Counted from the stretch's first letter, positions 35,211-47,674 are shown. The stretch is DNA of 64,000 bases from an uncultured Alphaproteobacteria bacterium (GCA_963783115.1 CAWAMK010000036.1:98703-162702); one strand, 5' to 3'. Program-made: numbers and translations. The notes: generated by a model not told the origin, from the sequence alone.

Positions 35211-37442
35211 ATGAACCGGCGCTTACATTCGCTGTCGTGTTTTTTCACGATAGCCGGCCTCGCCCTCTTCTCGACGGATGCGACCGCGCGGACCAGCCAT
35301 AAGCCGCAAGCGAAGGCGCACGCAGCACCCAAGAAGGCGCACGTGGTGAAAGAGGCCCGCTCCCCTCGCCACGTCGCGCCGGGAAAAAGCCGGCCCACCA
35401 AACACGCTACCGCACAACGCAAGGCGAAGACGGCGAAGGCTCCGGCCGCCGCCAAGCAAGCCGCTGCTCCCAAGGAAACCGCCCCGCCGCTGACCGGCGA
35501 TCTGGCGCTGGTGAAGGAAGCCATCGAATTCGCGCGCAAGGCAAAGACGCAGGAGGCGACGGACGTCAGGAACAGGATCGCGGACCCGGCCGCACAAAAG
35601 CTCGTCGAGTGGTACATCCTGCGTCATCCGGAAACGATCGCGCCTTTCAGCCGCTACGCGGCGTTCCTTGCGGCCAATCCGGAATGGCCGAGCGCGGCAT
35701 TGCTGCGCCGGCGCGCCGAAGCACGGCTGTGGGAGCAGCGCAGCGATGCGGCGACGGTTCGCGCCTTCACCGGCGAGCGGCCCGTCAGCGCCAAGGGCAA
35801 GCTGGCGCTGGCGCGCGTGCTGCTCGCGGAAGGCGATCGCGACGGCGCGGCGCGGCTGGCGCGCGACGCATGGCGATCGGACGAATTGTCGGAGCGCCTG
35901 GAGACCGACGTCGTCGAGACGTTCCGCGACCTTCTCACCCGCGATGACCACCGTGCGCGCATGGACCGGCGCATCGGCGCCAAGGATCTCGCCGGCGCCA
36001 AGCGCGCCGCGCAACGCCTTGGCAGCGACGAGCTTGCGATCGTAAAGGCCTGCGCCGCGGTCAGGGGAAAGGCCGACAAGGCCAAGGATCTGCTCGACGA
36101 TGTCGCGATCGAGGCGCGGCAGGACCTCGGCTACACGCTCTGCCGCATCCAGTTCATGGTCGCCAAGGACCAGATCGACGAGGCCGCCCGCCTGATGGTG
36201 GCGGCAGCGCCGCAGACGATGGCGCTGCAGGACACCGATCAATGGTGGCGCGAGCGGCGTTCGCTGGCCCGCAAGCTGCTCGACCAGGGCAAGTTCCAGA
36301 CCGCCTACGATGTCGTGCGTCCGGCCGCAACGCCGGCCAATGAATATTACCGGGCCGACGTCCACTTCATGTGCGGCTGGATCGCGCTCCGCTACCTCGA
36401 CAATCCCAAGACCGCCGCCACCCATTTCGCCCGCATCGACGAAGGCGCGAGCAATCCGACCGTGCTCTCCCGAGCGAACTACTGGCGCGGACGCGCCGCC
36501 GAAGCCCTTGGCCAGGCGGATGCGATGCGTGCGAGCTACGAAGCCGCAGCCCGCCATCCGACCGCCTATTACGGGCAACTCGCACGCGCCAGGCTCGGCC
36601 GTGGCGAGATCGAGCTGCGCGCGCCGCTGCCCGATCTCGCGTCCGCGGAAGCACCGGTCACGGACGAACGCCTGCGCGCCGCCGACATGCTCTACGAGAT
36701 CGGCGAACGCGATGTCGTGCTGTACTTTGCCGCCGATCTCGGCCAGCAAAGCCCGAATATCGTCCTGCTCGAAGCGCTCGGCGACCTGACCGGCCGCCGC
36801 AACGACGCCCGCGCGATGCTGCAGGTCGGAAAGCCCTCGCTCGGCCGCGGTCTGCCGCTCGACCATTACGCGTTTCCGACCATCGGCATCCCGCCGCACC
36901 GTCAGCTCGCCCCCGAAATCGAGCACAGCATGATCTATTCGGTAGCGCGCACCGAGAGCGCGTTCGACCAGCGCGACAAGTCCGCGGCCAATGCCGTCGG
37001 CCTGATGCAGGTGACGCCGGAAGCGGCGCGCGATACCGCAAAACGATTCAAGATCGAGTATGACTGGGACCGGATGGTCTCCGACCCCGTCTACAACACG
37101 CAGATCGGCGCGGCCGAACTGAGCGCGCTGCTCTCGGAATACAAGGGCAATCACATCATGACCTTTGCCGGCTACAACGCCGGCCGGGGCCGCGTGCGCG
37201 ACTGGGTCAAGGCCTATGGCGATCCGCGCGATCCCAAGGTCGATCCGGTCGACTGGGTCGAGCGCATTCCGTTTTCCGAAACGCGAAACTATGTCCAGCG
37301 CGTGATCGAGAATCTCGCGGTGTACCGCGTCCGTTTCGACGACGGCACGACCGCGACGGCAACAGCGGCGACGAAAACCGGCGCGCGGGTCGTCACGCGG
37401 GAGACCAGCGCAGCGCCCGGGCCGGCAAACGCCGCACCGTAG
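35211..37442 (+). CDS. Soluble lytic murein transglycosylase (Slt70-like)
   Basis: Signal peptide, superhelical domain, catalytic motifs RTESAF, GLMQ, YNAG, ETRNYV. Confidence 0.92.
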   Translation: MNRRLHSLSCFFTIAGLALFSTDATARTSHKPQAKAHAAPKKAHVVKEARSPRHVAPGKSRPTKHATAQRKAKTAKAPAAAKQAAAPKETAPPLTGDLALVKEAIEFARKAKTQEATDVRNRIADPAAQKLVEWYILRHPETIAPFSRYAAFLAANPEWPSAALLRRRAEARLWEQRSDAATVRAFTGERPVSAKGKLALARVLLAEGDRDGAARLARDAWRSDELSERLETDVVETFRDLLTRDDHRARMDRRIGAKDLAGAKRAAQRLGSDELAIVKACAAVRGKADKAKDLLDDVAIEARQDLGYTLCRIQFMVAKDQIDEAARLMVAAAPQTMALQDTDQWWRERRSLARKLLDQGKFQTAYDVVRPAATPANEYYRADVHFMCGWIALRYLDNPKTAATHFARIDEGASNPTVLSRANYWRGRAAEALGQADAMRASYEAAARHPTAYYGQLARARLGRGEIELRAPLPDLASAEAPVTDERLRAADMLYEIGERDVVLYFAADLGQQSPNIVLLEALGDLTGRRNDARAMLQVGKPSLGRGLPLDHYAFPTIGIPPHRQLAPEIEHSMIYSVARTESAFDQRDKSAANAVGLMQVTPEAARDTAKRFKIEYDWDRMVSDPVYNTQIGAAELSALLSEYKGNHIMTFAGYNAGRGRVRDWVKAYGDPRDPKVDPVDWVERIPFSETRNYVQRVIENLAVYRVRFDDGTTATATAATKTGARVVTRETSAAPGPANAAP

Positions 37443-37481
37443 ATTCCCCGCGCCCGAGGACGTATCCGCGGTCTGCCGCCG

Positions 37482-40400
37482 TTAATGCGCTGCAGCCTCA
37501 TGCATCCCGGTATCCTTGAACGTCGGCATCCATAGCCTCGCCATCACCGGGATCACCAGCAGGCTGCAGATCGGCGACAGCAGCATGCCGCCGACGATGA
37601 CGCACGCCAGCGGCTGCTGGACCTGCGAGCCGATCCCGGTCGAGATCGCCGCGGGGACCAGGCCGATACACGCCGACAGGCCCGTCATGAAGATCTGCCG
37701 CATCCGTGTTTCGGAAGCGCGGATGATGGCGTCCTCCGTCCCCAGACCCTCCTCGATCTCGCGGCGGATATAGGAGATCAGGAGGATGCCATCCATCGCC
37801 GAGACGCCGAACAGCGAGATGAAGCCGACCGCGGCCGAAACGCTGAAATTCAGCCCGGCGACATAGAGCCCGAGGATTCCGCCGGCCACCGCAAACGGAA
37901 TGCCTGACAGCGCCAGCAGGCTGTCCCGTATTGAATTGAACAGGCTGTAGAGCAGCATCAGAATCAAGAGCAGGCTCAATGGCACGATCAGCGCCAGCCG
38001 TTTCTTGGCGTCCTGGAGCGCACCGTATTCGCCCGACCATTCCAGCGCATAGCCCTGGGGCAGCGGAACGCTCTTCTGAACCCGCTCCTGGGCCTCGACC
38101 ACGGTGGACCCGAGATCGCGGTCGCGGACGCTGTATTTCAGCGGGATGAAACGCTGGCTGTTCTCGCGATAGATATAGGCCGCGCCGCTGACCAGCTTGA
38201 TCTCGCCGAGATCGCCGAGCCGGATATAGGCGGTCGGCGACTTCGGGTCGGAGTTTGGCAGCGCGACCGGTATCGCTCTGATAGCGTCGACGTCCCTGCG
38301 GTACTCCGGCGCGAGGCGCACCGTCAGCGCAAAGATCATCTCGCCTTCATAGACCTTGGAAACCTCCTGGCCGCCGATCGCGGCCTGCACCACGGCATTG
38401 ATGTCGCTGATCGAAAAACCGTAGCGCGCGGTCTTGGCGCGATCGATCTGGATGATCAAATTGGGTTGGCCGAGCAGATTGAAGCCGGCGGGATCGGCGA
38501 CGCCGCGCACGCCCGAAAGTTCGGTCTTCACCTGACTTGGACAGCCGTTCCAGCTCGTTGAGGTCCCGTGCCAAAGATCTTGATCGAGTTCTCGCCTTTC
38601 ACGCCGGAGACCGCCTCCTCCATGTTGTCCTGGATGTACTGCGAGAAGTTGAAATCGATGCCGACGAATTCGCGGTTGAGCTTCTCGCTCATCTGCTTGA
38701 CCATCTGCTCCTTGGTCAGGCCCGCGGGCCAGGTGTCGGCCGGCTTGAGCGGAACGAAGAACTCGGCGAGAAACGAGCCGTCGGGATCGGTGCCTTCGTC
38801 GCCGCGGCCCTGCTCGGAGAACACGGTCTGGACCGGGGGATAGCTTGCGATGATGGCGCGGATCTTCGCCACCGTTTCCATCCCGGCCTCCAGCGTGATG
38901 GTCGGCGGCATCACGGCGCGGATCCAGAGATTGCCCTCCTCCAGCTTGGGCAGAAACTCGGTGCCGAGCCGCAATCCCAGACTGAGGCACAGCACCAGGA
39001 ACACCGCGGCGATGACTGCGGCGCGGCGATAGTGGCGGACCGCCTTCGCCAGAATAGGCTGGTAGATCTTTCGGATATGGCGGACCACGAAGGTTTCGAC
39101 TTCCTGCACGTCGGCCGGCAGCAGGTAGGAGGCCAGCACCGGCGTGATCGTGAAGGTCGCGATCACGGCGCCGAGCAGCGCGTAGGCATAGGTTCGCGCC
39201 ATCGGCCCGAAGATCTGGCCCTCCACCCCCTGCATCGTGAACAGCGGCAGGAATGCCGCGATGGTGATGATGACCGAAAAGAGGATCGCCTTGTCGACCT
39301 CGACCGCGCCGGTCAGGATCCAGCTGAGTTTGTCACTCAGCTTGGGGCTGCGTCCCGGCGGCATCCGCGGCGCGTGATGGGCGATCTGGCGGAAGATGTT
39401 TTCCACCATGATGACGGTGCCGTCGACGATGATGCCGAGATCGATCGCGCCGACCGACAGCAGGTTCGCGGACTCGCCCCGCATCACCGTGATCATCACC
39501 GCCAGCAGCAGCGCCACCGGGATCGTGGCGGCGACGATCAGCGCGCAGCGCAGGTCGCCGAGAAACACCCACTGGATGAGAAAGATCAGCGCGATGCCGA
39601 ACACCAGATTGTGCAGAACGGTCCGCACCGTGATCGCCACGAGATCGCCGCGGTCATAGAACGGCACGATCTTGACGCCGGCCGGCAGCGACCCGTCGGA
39701 ATTGATCCGCTCCACCGCCTCGCGCACCCGCTTGACCACGTCCATGGTGCGTTCGAGTTTCTGCATCAGCACGATGCCGGTCACCACGTCGGTTCGGTCG
39801 TCGCGGCCGGCGAGGCCGAGCCGGGGCGCATAGCCGATCTGGACTTTTGCAACGTCGGACACCAGCACCGGCACGCCGCCCTGCTGGGTCAATACGATAT
39901 TGCCGATGTCGTCGATCGAGGTGACGACGCCGATGCTGCGGACGTTGACCGATTGCTCGCCGATCGCGATGGTGCGGCCGCCGACATTGGAATTGCTGCC
40001 CGAAATCGCGGTCATGATCTGCGGCAGCGTCAGCCCAAAGGCCATCATGCGGTCGAGGTTGATCTCGGCCTGGAATTCCCGGGTCTTGCCGCCGAGCACC
40101 GCGACGTCGGCGACCCCGGGCACGATGCGCAGCTTGCGCTCGACCACCCAGTCCTGCAGCGTCTTGAGCTTCATGACGTCCATGCCCGGAGGCCCGACGA
40201 GCTCGTAACGAAAGATCTCGCTGATGCCGCCGGCCGGCGAGATCACCGGCAGCACGCCGGCCGGCAGCACCGCATCCTTCAGCCGGTTGATGGTCTGCTG
40301 GCGGACGAAATGATAGTCGCGGCCGTATTCGAACTGCAGGCGGATGAAGCCTAATCCGTAGACGGTATTCGAGCGGATGAATTTCAGGCCGGGCGTGCTG

Positions 40401-40621
40401 GCGACCGCGATCTCGATCGGGATCGTGATGTAACGCTCCACCTCCTCCGGCGACTGGCCCTGCTGCTGGGCGATGATCTCGATGATCGGCGGCGCCGGAT
40501 CGGGATAGGCCTCGATGTTCAGCGCCAGGAAAGCAACGCTGCCAATGCCGATGAAGGCCACGAACGCGACCATCACCAGCAACCGCCGCGAGAGGCAGAA
40601 GGCGATCAGACTACGCAGCAT
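37482..40621 (-). CDS. CusA/CzcA-family (HME) RND permease (frameshifts near 38540-38570)
   Basis: LNIEAYPD, LQDWVVE, AIDLGIIVDGTVIMVEN, QGVEGQIFGPMA, GIGSQVQQPLA. Confidence 0.9.
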
Positions 40622-40642
40622 CGATGGCCCCAACCCGTCCCG

Positions 40643-41824
40643 TCATTGACGCCACTCGTTGTCGACGAAGATCGCCCCGTGGGCGACCACCTGTTCGCCG
40701 ACCTCGAGGCCGCTGCGAATCTGCGTCAGGCCATCCTGCTGGATGCCGATGTCGACCGCGCGGCGCTTGAACAGAAGCGGCTCGGTCTCGACCCAGACGG
40801 TGGCCACGTCCCCCTCGCGGATCACCGCGTTGGTCGGCACCGCCGGGCTTACCGACCCGTCGTCGATGTTGATCTTGAACATCGCAAACATCTCGGCCCT
40901 GAGCAGGCCGTCCGTATTCTGGATCTCGGAACGGACGACGACGCGGCGCGTCGTCAGGTCCGAGGCCGAGTTGATGGCATCGATGCGCGCCTTGAAGATC
41001 TTGTCGGGCACGGCGGAAACCCTGGCCTCGATCTCCTGGCCGACACGGACCTGCGCGATGTCCTGCTCGAAGATCTGCGCCTTCAACCACATCGTCGAGA
41101 GATCGGCGATCGTATACAGGGCGTCCCCGGAATCGGCTTTGACGTGTTGTCCTGGCCCTACCTTGCGCGAGACGACGGTGCCGGCGATCGGCGCGGTGAT
41201 CGTGGTCACGCGGCTGAGCATGCCGGTCTGCTCGAGTTTCTGGATTTCCTCATCGGTACGACCGAGAATCCGCAGCCGTGCGCGAGCGGCCTCGAATGCC
41301 GTATCCGCCGACCGCAGATCATTTTCCGCTGCCGCAAGTTGCGCCTCGGCCTGCTGCAAATCCTTGGACGGCGCGGCCTTCCCCTCATGAAGGTCGCGAA
41401 CGCGCCGCTCGCCGATTTGCGCCATATTGTGTTGGGAGCCTGCTTTTCTTCTCGCAGCCTGCGCTGCGATGAAGTCGTTCTGCTGGGCGAACTGCTCGGG
41501 GCTGTCGATTTCCAGCAGCGGATCCCCCTTCTTGACCTGATCGCCGGGCTTGGCAATCAAACGGGTAACCCGGCCGGAGAAGGGCGTCAGAACGACCGTG
41601 CTGGCATCCTCATTGTATCCGATCTGCCCGATGGCCGAGGTTTGCGCGCGGAAGGGATAGCCTTTCACCTTCACGATCTGCAGCTGGTGCAGTTGATCCG
41701 GGACGACGCGCAGGAAGTCCGGCCCCTTCATGGTGCCTTCGGCCACGGCGAGCGATGCCATCAGCGTCCCGCCGAACAGCGGGGCCAGCAGGCCGAGCAA
41801 AAGCGCTTTCGCGGTCATTGACAT
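40643..41824 (-). CDS. RND periplasmic adaptor (CzcB/CusB-like)
   Basis: PFSGRVTRL..GDQVKKGDPL, ITAPIAGTV, LYTIADLSTMW. Confidence 0.9.
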   Translation of the reverse strand: MSMTAKALLLGLLAPLFGGTLMASLAVAEGTMKGPDFLRVVPDQLHQLQIVKVKGYPFRAQTSAIGQIGYNEDASTVVLTPFSGRVTRLIAKPGDQVKKGDPLLEIDSPEQFAQQNDFIAAQAARRKAGSQHNMAQIGERRVRDLHEGKAAPSKDLQQAEAQLAAAENDLRSADTAFEAARARLRILGRTDEEIQKLEQTGMLSRVTTITAPIAGTVVSRKVGPGQHVKADSGDALYTIADLSTMWLKAQIFEQDIAQVRVGQEIEARVSAVPDKIFKARIDAINSASDLTTRRVVVRSEIQNTDGLLRAEMFAMFKINIDDGSVSPAVPTNAVIREGDVATVWVETEPLLFKRRAVDIGIQQDGLTQIRSGLEVGEQVVAHGAIFVDNEWRQ

Positions 41825-41986
41825 GTCTCAGAGATACCCCTGCCGCGCGATCCAACACAAAGGAAATCGCGCGGTCCCCGCCGGCCCGTGAAGCCGATCC
41901 GGGCCAGACTTCATGCAAAGAGATCAAAGCATGCGGGTCGAGTCGCAACCAGAGGCCACGACGAGCATACCGTCCGTAATGCCCGT

Positions 41987-42962
41987 TCAATCCACCTTGA
42001 CGTTGGCGGCCTTGATCATCGGCCACCATTTTGCGATTTCGGCCTTCTGCCAGGCACCCAGCGCTGCAGGTGTGAGCTGGTCCTTCGGCGGCATCTGCAA
42101 GCCGAGATTTTCGAGCTGCTTGCGCACGGCGGGATCGTTCAGGGCGTCGACCGCCGCCGCGTTCAGCTTTGCGATGACGTCCTTCGGCGTGTCCTTGGGC
42201 ACCCAGAGCCCGGACCACAGCGTCATGTGGAATCCAGGCAGGCCCGCTTCGTCGACGGTCGGAACGTCGGGCGCCGACTCGACGCGCTTGCGAATCGGTG
42301 ATGGCATAGGCGCGGATGTTGCCCGCGCGCACCTGGGTGATCGAGTTCGAGGTCTGGTCGACGATCAGGTCGATCTGGCCGGCGACGAGATCGTTCATTG
42401 CGGGACCGGTGCCGCGATACGGCACGTATTGCAGCTTGATGCCGGCGGCGCTCTCGAAATAGAGCCCGGCGATGTGGCTTCCGGAGCCCGCGCCCGCGGT
42501 GCCCGCCGTCGGCGGCGACGGCTGCGCCTTCAGCCAGGCGATCAATTCCTTCAGCGAGGTGGCCGGGACTTCTTTCTTGCTGACGATGATCATCGGGTTG
42601 CTCGGCAGCAACGCTACCGGTTCGAGATCGGTGACGAGGTCGTAGCCGAGCTTGTAGATCGCGCCGTTGGCGACGTGGGTACCGAGATGGCCAAAACTGA
42701 TCGTGTAGCCGTCGGGCGGCGACCGCACCGCGCGGCCGACGCCGACCGAGCCGCCCGCCCCCGTCACGTTCTCGACCAGCAACGCTTCGCCGAGCGTGGT
42801 CTTCATCCGCTCGGCCAGGATCCGCGCCATCGCATCCGACGGACCGCCGGCGGAGAACGGCACGATGATGGTGACGGGGCGCGATGGAAAGTTCTGGGCG
42901 AATGCCTGGCCGCCGAGGCGTCAATACCGCCAACGCGGCCCAGATAGCCTTGCGCAAGACAT
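41987..42962 (-). CDS. Bug/TctC substrate-binding protein (frameshifts)
   Basis: PFSAGGPSD, ENVTGAGG, VPYRGTGPA, EIAKWWPMIK. Confidence 0.88.
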
Positions 42963-43001
42963 TCCTCCCTGAATCTGCTTCCTCCTACGCGCAATTTCAG
43001 A

Positions 43002-43102
43002 CCTCATGGTGAGGAGCGCGGCAAGCCGCCGTCTCACCATGCAGAGCCACTGGCGCCGCTCATCCTTCGACACGCACGCTTCGCGCGCTCCTCAGGATGA
43101 GG
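43002..43102. repeat. REP-like palindrome (CCTCA...TGAGG ends) overlapping the threonine synthase stop
   Basis: CCTCATGGTGAGGAGCGCG and inverted GCGCGCTCCTCAGGATGAGG. Confidence 0.7.
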
Positions 43103-44348
43103 ACCTACAGAATTGCGCGTAGTCGATCGGCTTGTGACGATCGAGCGTGCGCGTGACCGGCGGCAGCGGATATTTAAGCCCTGTCGCGCAATTGAACAGC
43201 ATGACGCGATCGTTTTTCGTCACGCGGCCGTCGGCGAGGCTCTGCTGGTAGGCAGCATAGGTCGCCGCCCCTTCCGGACACAACAACAGGCCCTCCTCGC
43301 GCGCCACTTCGTTCAGCGCAGCAGAAATCTTCTCATCCGGCACCGCAATGGCAAAACCCTTGCTCTCGCGGACCGCGCGCAGGATCAGAAAATCTCCGAC
43401 CGCCTGCGGCACACGGATGCCGGATGCGATGGTGTGGGCGTCCTCCCAGCGCGGCGCGTGCTCGGTGCCTGCTTCAAAAGCACGCACCATCGGCGCACAG
43501 CCCGAGGCCTGCACCGCGACCATCCGCGGGCGCTTGGCGCCGATGAAGCCGATCTTCTCCAGCTCATCAAACGCCTTCCACATCCCGATCAGGCCGGTGC
43601 CGCCACCGGTCGGGTAGAAGATCACGTCGGGCACCTCCCAGCCGAGCTGTTCGGCGAGTTCGAGGCCCATCGTCTTCTTGCCTTCGATCCGGTACGGCTC
43701 CTTCAGCGTCGAGGTATCGAACCAGCCGGCTTTGGCTTTCCCTTCGCCGACGATCTTGCCGCAATCGTCGATCAGCCCGTTGACGCGATAGACGGTGGCG
43801 CCCTGCAGCTCGATCTCGCTGACGTTCACCTCCGGCGTATCGGCCGGGCAGAAGATCGTGGTCTTGATGCCGCAGGACGTCGCGTAGGCCGCCAGCGCCG
43901 CGCCGGCATTGCCGTTGGTCGGCATCGCCATGTGCTTGATGCCGAGCGCCTTGCCCATCGACACCGCCATGACGAGGCCGCGGGCCTTGAACGAGCCGGT
44001 GGGAAGACGTCCCTCGTCCTTGACGATGATCTCACCGCCGCCGAGTTTCTTCGCGAGCTTCGGCAGACGGATGAGCGGCGTCATGACCTCGCCGAGGCTG
44101 ACGATGTCGGAAACTTTTCGGACCGGCAGCAGTTCGCGGTAGCGCCACATGTCGGCGGGCCGCTGCGCCAGCGCGTCCTTGGTCAGCGCCTTCTTCACGC
44201 CGGCCAGGTCGTAGCGCACCAGCAGCGGCTTGCCGGCCTTGGAGAGGTTGTGGATCTGGTCGGCGGGATAATGATCGCCTTCCATCGCGCATTCGAGATG
44301 GGTCACGAACGTCGGACGTTCGATGGTCAGATTGTCGTTGTCTTTCAC
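43092..44348 (-). CDS. Threonine synthase-like PLP enzyme (fold II)
   Basis: PTGSFKARG (PLP lysine), TNGNAG, EGKKTM, YPTGGG; GTG start. Confidence 0.85.
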   Translation of the reverse strand: MKDNDNLTIERPTFVTHLECAMEGDHYPADQIHNLSKAGKPLLVRYDLAGVKKALTKDALAQRPADMWRYRELLPVRKVSDIVSLGEVMTPLIRLPKLAKKLGGGEIIVKDEGRLPTGSFKARGLVMAVSMGKALGIKHMAMPTNGNAGAALAAYATSCGIKTTIFCPADTPEVNVSEIELQGATVYRVNGLIDDCGKIVGEGKAKAGWFDTSTLKEPYRIEGKKTMGLELAEQLGWEVPDVIFYPTGGGTGLIGMWKAFDELEKIGFIGAKRPRMVAVQASGCAPMVRAFEAGTEHAPRWEDAHTIASGIRVPQAVGDFLILRAVRESKGFAIAVPDEKISAALNEVAREEGLLLCPEGAATYAAYQQSLADGRVTKNDRVMLFNCATGLKYPLPPVTRTLDRHKPIDYAQFCRSSS

Positions 44349-44368
44349 AATTGTTCTTTCTGGTTTCT

Positions 44369-44455
44369 TGTCATTGCCGGGCTTGACCCGGCAATCCATC
44401 TCTTCGCAGATCTCGTGAAGCGTGATGGATGCGCGGGTCAAGCCCGCGCATGACG
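44369..44455. repeat. CGTC-type REP palindrome pair
   Basis: GTCATTGCCGGGCTTGACCCGGCAATCCAT...ATGGATGCGCGGGTCAAGCCCGCGCATGACG. Confidence 0.85.
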
Positions 44456-44466
44456 GTTGGGACTAG

Positions 44467-45886
44467 CTACATGTTCAGCACACGCCCATAGGCGTCCAGC
44501 ACCGCTTCCTTCATCATCTCCGACAGCGTCGGATGCGGGAAGATCGTGTGCATCAGCTCTTCTTCGGTGGTCTCCAGGTTCATCGCGACCACGTAGCCCT
44601 GGATCAGTTCGGTCACTTCCGCGCCGATCATGTGCGCGCCGAGCAGTTGTCCGGTCTTCTTGTCGAAGATCACCTTGACCAGGCCCTGGTCCTCGCCGAG
44701 CGCGATCGCCTTGCCGTTGCCGACGAACGGGAAGCGGCCGACGCGGATCTCGCGGCCGCCCTCCTTCGCTTTCGCCTCGGTCAGTCCGACGGAAGCGATC
44801 TGCGGGTGGCAATAGGTGCAGCCGGGAATCAGGTTCTTGTCCATGGCGTGCGGATGCAGGCCCTTGATCGCCTCGATGCAGACCACGCCTTCGTGCTCGG
44901 CCTTGTGCGCCAGCATCGGCGGGCCCGCGACGTCGCCGATGGCGTAGATGCCGGGAACGTTGGTCTTGCCGTAGCCGTCGATCACGACGCAGCCGCGGTC
45001 GGTCTTGACGCCGAGCTTCTCGAGGCCGAGGCCCTCGATATTGCCGACCACGCCGACCGCCGAGATCACCCGCTCGAACTCGACCGTCTGCGGCTTCTTG
45101 CCGTCGTCGATGGTGGCGACGACGCTGTCGGCCTTCTTCTCGAGTTTCGTGACCTTGGTGCTCGAGAGGATCTTGATGCCCTGCTTCTCGAAACGCTTGC
45201 GCGCCAGGCCGGCGATCTCGGCGTCCTCGACCGGGCAGGATCTGCGGCAGCACCTCGACCACGGTGACGTCGGCGCCCATGGTGTGGAAGAACGACGCGA
45301 ACTCGATGCCGATCGCGCCGGAGCCGACCACCAGCAGCGATTTCGGCATCCGCTCCGGCACCATCGCCTCGAAATAGGTCCAGATCAGCTTCTTGTCGGG
45401 CTCGAGCCCCGGCAGCACGCGCGGCCGGGCGCCGGTCGCGACGATGATGTGCTTGGCCTGATAGGCGCCCTCGCCCAGCACGCCCTTCGGCGCCTCGACG
45501 GCGGACTTCTTCACGGTGACCTTGCCGGGCGCGTCGATCGACGCCTCGCCCCAGATCACCGTGACCTTGTTCTTCTTCATCAGGAAGCCGACGCCGTCAT
45601 TGAGGCGCTTTGAAACGCCGCGCGAGCGCGCCACCACGGCCTTCGGATCGAACGAGACGTTTTCGGCGGAGAGCCCGTAATCCTTGGCGTGCTGCATGTA
45701 GTGATAGATTTCCGCCGAGCGCAGCAGCGCCTTGGTCGGGATGCAGCCCCAGTTCAGGCAGATGCCGCCGAGATAGGATTTTTCGACGATCGCGGTCTTG
45801 AAGCCGAGCTGGGCGGCGCGGATCGCGGTGACGTAGCCGCCGGGGCCGGAGCCGATGATGATGACGTCGAAGGATGTGTCGGCCAT
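44467..45886 (-). CDS. lpdA: Dihydrolipoyl dehydrogenase E3 (frameshift near 45232)
   Basis: GSGPGG, GGICLNWGCIPTK, HPTLSE. Confidence 0.96.
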
Positions 45887-45910
45887 GGCGGCTCCCGTTC
45901 ATCTTACTAT

Positions 45911-46002
45911 CGTCAGGGTTCGTCAAAGCGAAGCGTGCCCACCGCCTTCCAACGCTATGAAATAAGGTGGGCACGGCGCCTTGCGCCTTTGCCCACCCTA
46001 CG
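45911..46002. repeat. GTAG-type REP pair (left end degenerate)
   Basis: AAAGCGAAGCGTGCCCACC...GGTGGGCAC...TTTGCCCACCCTACG. Confidence 0.8.
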
Positions 46003-46019
46003 TATTCACCGTCCTCGTC

Positions 46020-47366
46020 TCACACCATCATCATCACGGGGTTTTCGATCAGCCGCCTGAACGCGCCGATCAGCTCCGCGCCGAGCGCGCCGTCGATGGC
46101 GCGGTGATCGCAGGACAGCGTCACGCTCATGATGTGCGCGGCCTCGATCTTGCCGTTCCGCACCACCGCCCGCTCCTCGCTGGCGCCGACCGCGAGGATG
46201 GTCGACTGCGGCGGGTTGATGACGGCGGTGAAGTGGCTGATGCCGAACATGCCGAGGTTGGAAACCGACGACGTGCCGCCCTGATATTCCTGCGGCTTGA
46301 GTTTTCGCGTCCGCGCGCGGGCCGCCAGGTCCTTCATCTCGTTGGAAATGGTCGACAGCGACTTGCTCTCGGCGTTGCGGATGATCGGCGTGATCAGCCC
46401 GCCGGGCATGGCGACGGCGACGCCGATGTCGGAATGCTTGTGCTTGACCATGCCGGCCTCGGTCCAGCTGACATTGCAGTCCGGCACCTGCTGCAACGCG
46501 ACCGCGAGCGCCTTGATGACGAAGTCGTTGACCGAGAGCTTGTAGAGCGGCTTCTTCTCCTTGTCCTTCGGTGCGGCGGCATTGATCTGCTCGCGCGCGT
46601 CGAGCAGCCGGCCGATGTCGCAGTCGATGGTGAGGTAGAAGGTCGGAACGCTCTGCGTCGCCGCCGTCAGGCGCTGCGCGATGGTGCGGCGCATGCCGTC
46701 GTGCGGCACGATCTCGTAGGAGCCTTCCTCGAACAGCGAAAGGATCTGCTTGTCCGACATCGCCGGCGCGATCGCAGGCGCTGCACCGGGTGCCGCGGCC
46801 GGCGCCTTCAGGCCCTTGCCGGACTTGGCGCCCTCGACGTCGCGGGCGACGATGCGGCCATGCGGGCCGGAGCCGTTGATGCGCGCGATGTCGATGCCGG
46901 CTTCCTTGGCGAGGCGGCGGGCGAGCGGCGACGAGAAGACGCGCGCGTGGCCATTGGTCTTGGCAGGTGCAGCGGCAGCCTGAGGCGCCGGTGCGGGTGC
47001 TGCTGCGGGCGCGGGTGCCGGCGTTGGGGCCGCTGGCGCAGGCGCAGCAGCGGGCTTCGGGGCTTCGGCGGCCTTCGGTGCGGGCGCGGCCCCCGCGCCT
47101 GCGCCGGCCGCCTTCACGTCCTCGCCGTCGCCGGCCAGGACCGCGATGATATCGTTGACCGGAACATCCTGCGTGCCTTCGGGCACCAGGATCTTCGCGA
47201 TCGTGCCCTCGTCGACGGCTTCGACTTCCATCGTCGCCTTGTCGGTCTCGATCTCCGCGATCACGTCGCCGGACTTGACCTTGTCGCCCTCTTTCTTGAG
47301 CCACTTGGCAAGGTTGCCCTTTTCCATCGTGGGCGACAGCGCGGGCATCAAAATGTTGATCGGCAT
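46020..47366 (-). CDS. pdhC: Pyruvate dehydrogenase E2, dihydrolipoamide acetyltransferase
   Basis: Lipoyl [25 protein letters not shown]. Confidence 0.95.
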   Translation of the reverse strand: MPINILMPALSPTMEKGNLAKWLKKEGDKVKSGDVIAEIETDKATMEVEAVDEGTIAKILVPEGTQDVPVNDIIAVLAGDGEDVKAAGAGAGAAPAPKAAEAPKPAAAPAPAAPTPAPAPAAAPAPAPQAAAAPAKTNGHARVFSSPLARRLAKEAGIDIARINGSGPHGRIVARDVEGAKSGKGLKAPAAAPGAAPAIAPAMSDKQILSLFEEGSYEIVPHDGMRRTIAQRLTAATQSVPTFYLTIDCDIGRLLDAREQINAAAPKDKEKKPLYKLSVNDFVIKALAVALQQVPDCNVSWTEAGMVKHKHSDIGVAVAMPGGLITPIIRNAESKSLSTISNEMKDLAARARTRKLKPQEYQGGTSSVSNLGMFGISHFTAVINPPQSTILAVGASEERAVVRNGKIEAAHIMSVTLSCDHRAIDGALGAELIGAFRRLIENPVMMMV

Positions 47367-47368
47367 TG

Positions 47369-47674
47369 TCAGTGACCTTGTTGCGACCGGGGCATGGTGG
47401 AGCCGATATCGGTCGGCCGGTTGATTTCGGCTTCGAACATGTCGACGATACGCGTCAGCGCCTCGTCCTCGGTGTAGCCGCTCTCGCGTGAATAGGCGCG
47501 GGCGGCGTGGCGCGCGATATCGACCAGCAGCATGCCCCACATGTCAGGCTCCTCGAAGGCGCGCTGGAACGCGATCGAGAGCCCGCCGTCGACCACGAAG
47601 GCGCGCAGCACCTCGACGGCATCCTCGCGGCCGATGACGTCGGGCGGCAATGGCTGTTCGCTGGGACCGGGCAT
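47369..47674 (-). CDS. DUF5076-like small protein within the pdh operon
   Basis: [12 protein letters not shown]...EVLRAF...[13 protein letters not shown] (101 aa). Confidence 0.75.
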   Translation of the reverse strand: MPGPSEQPLPPDVIGREDAVEVLRAFVVDGGLSIAFQRAFEEPDMWGMLLVDIARHAARAYSRESGYTEDEALTRIVDMFEAEINRPTDIGSTMPRSQQGH

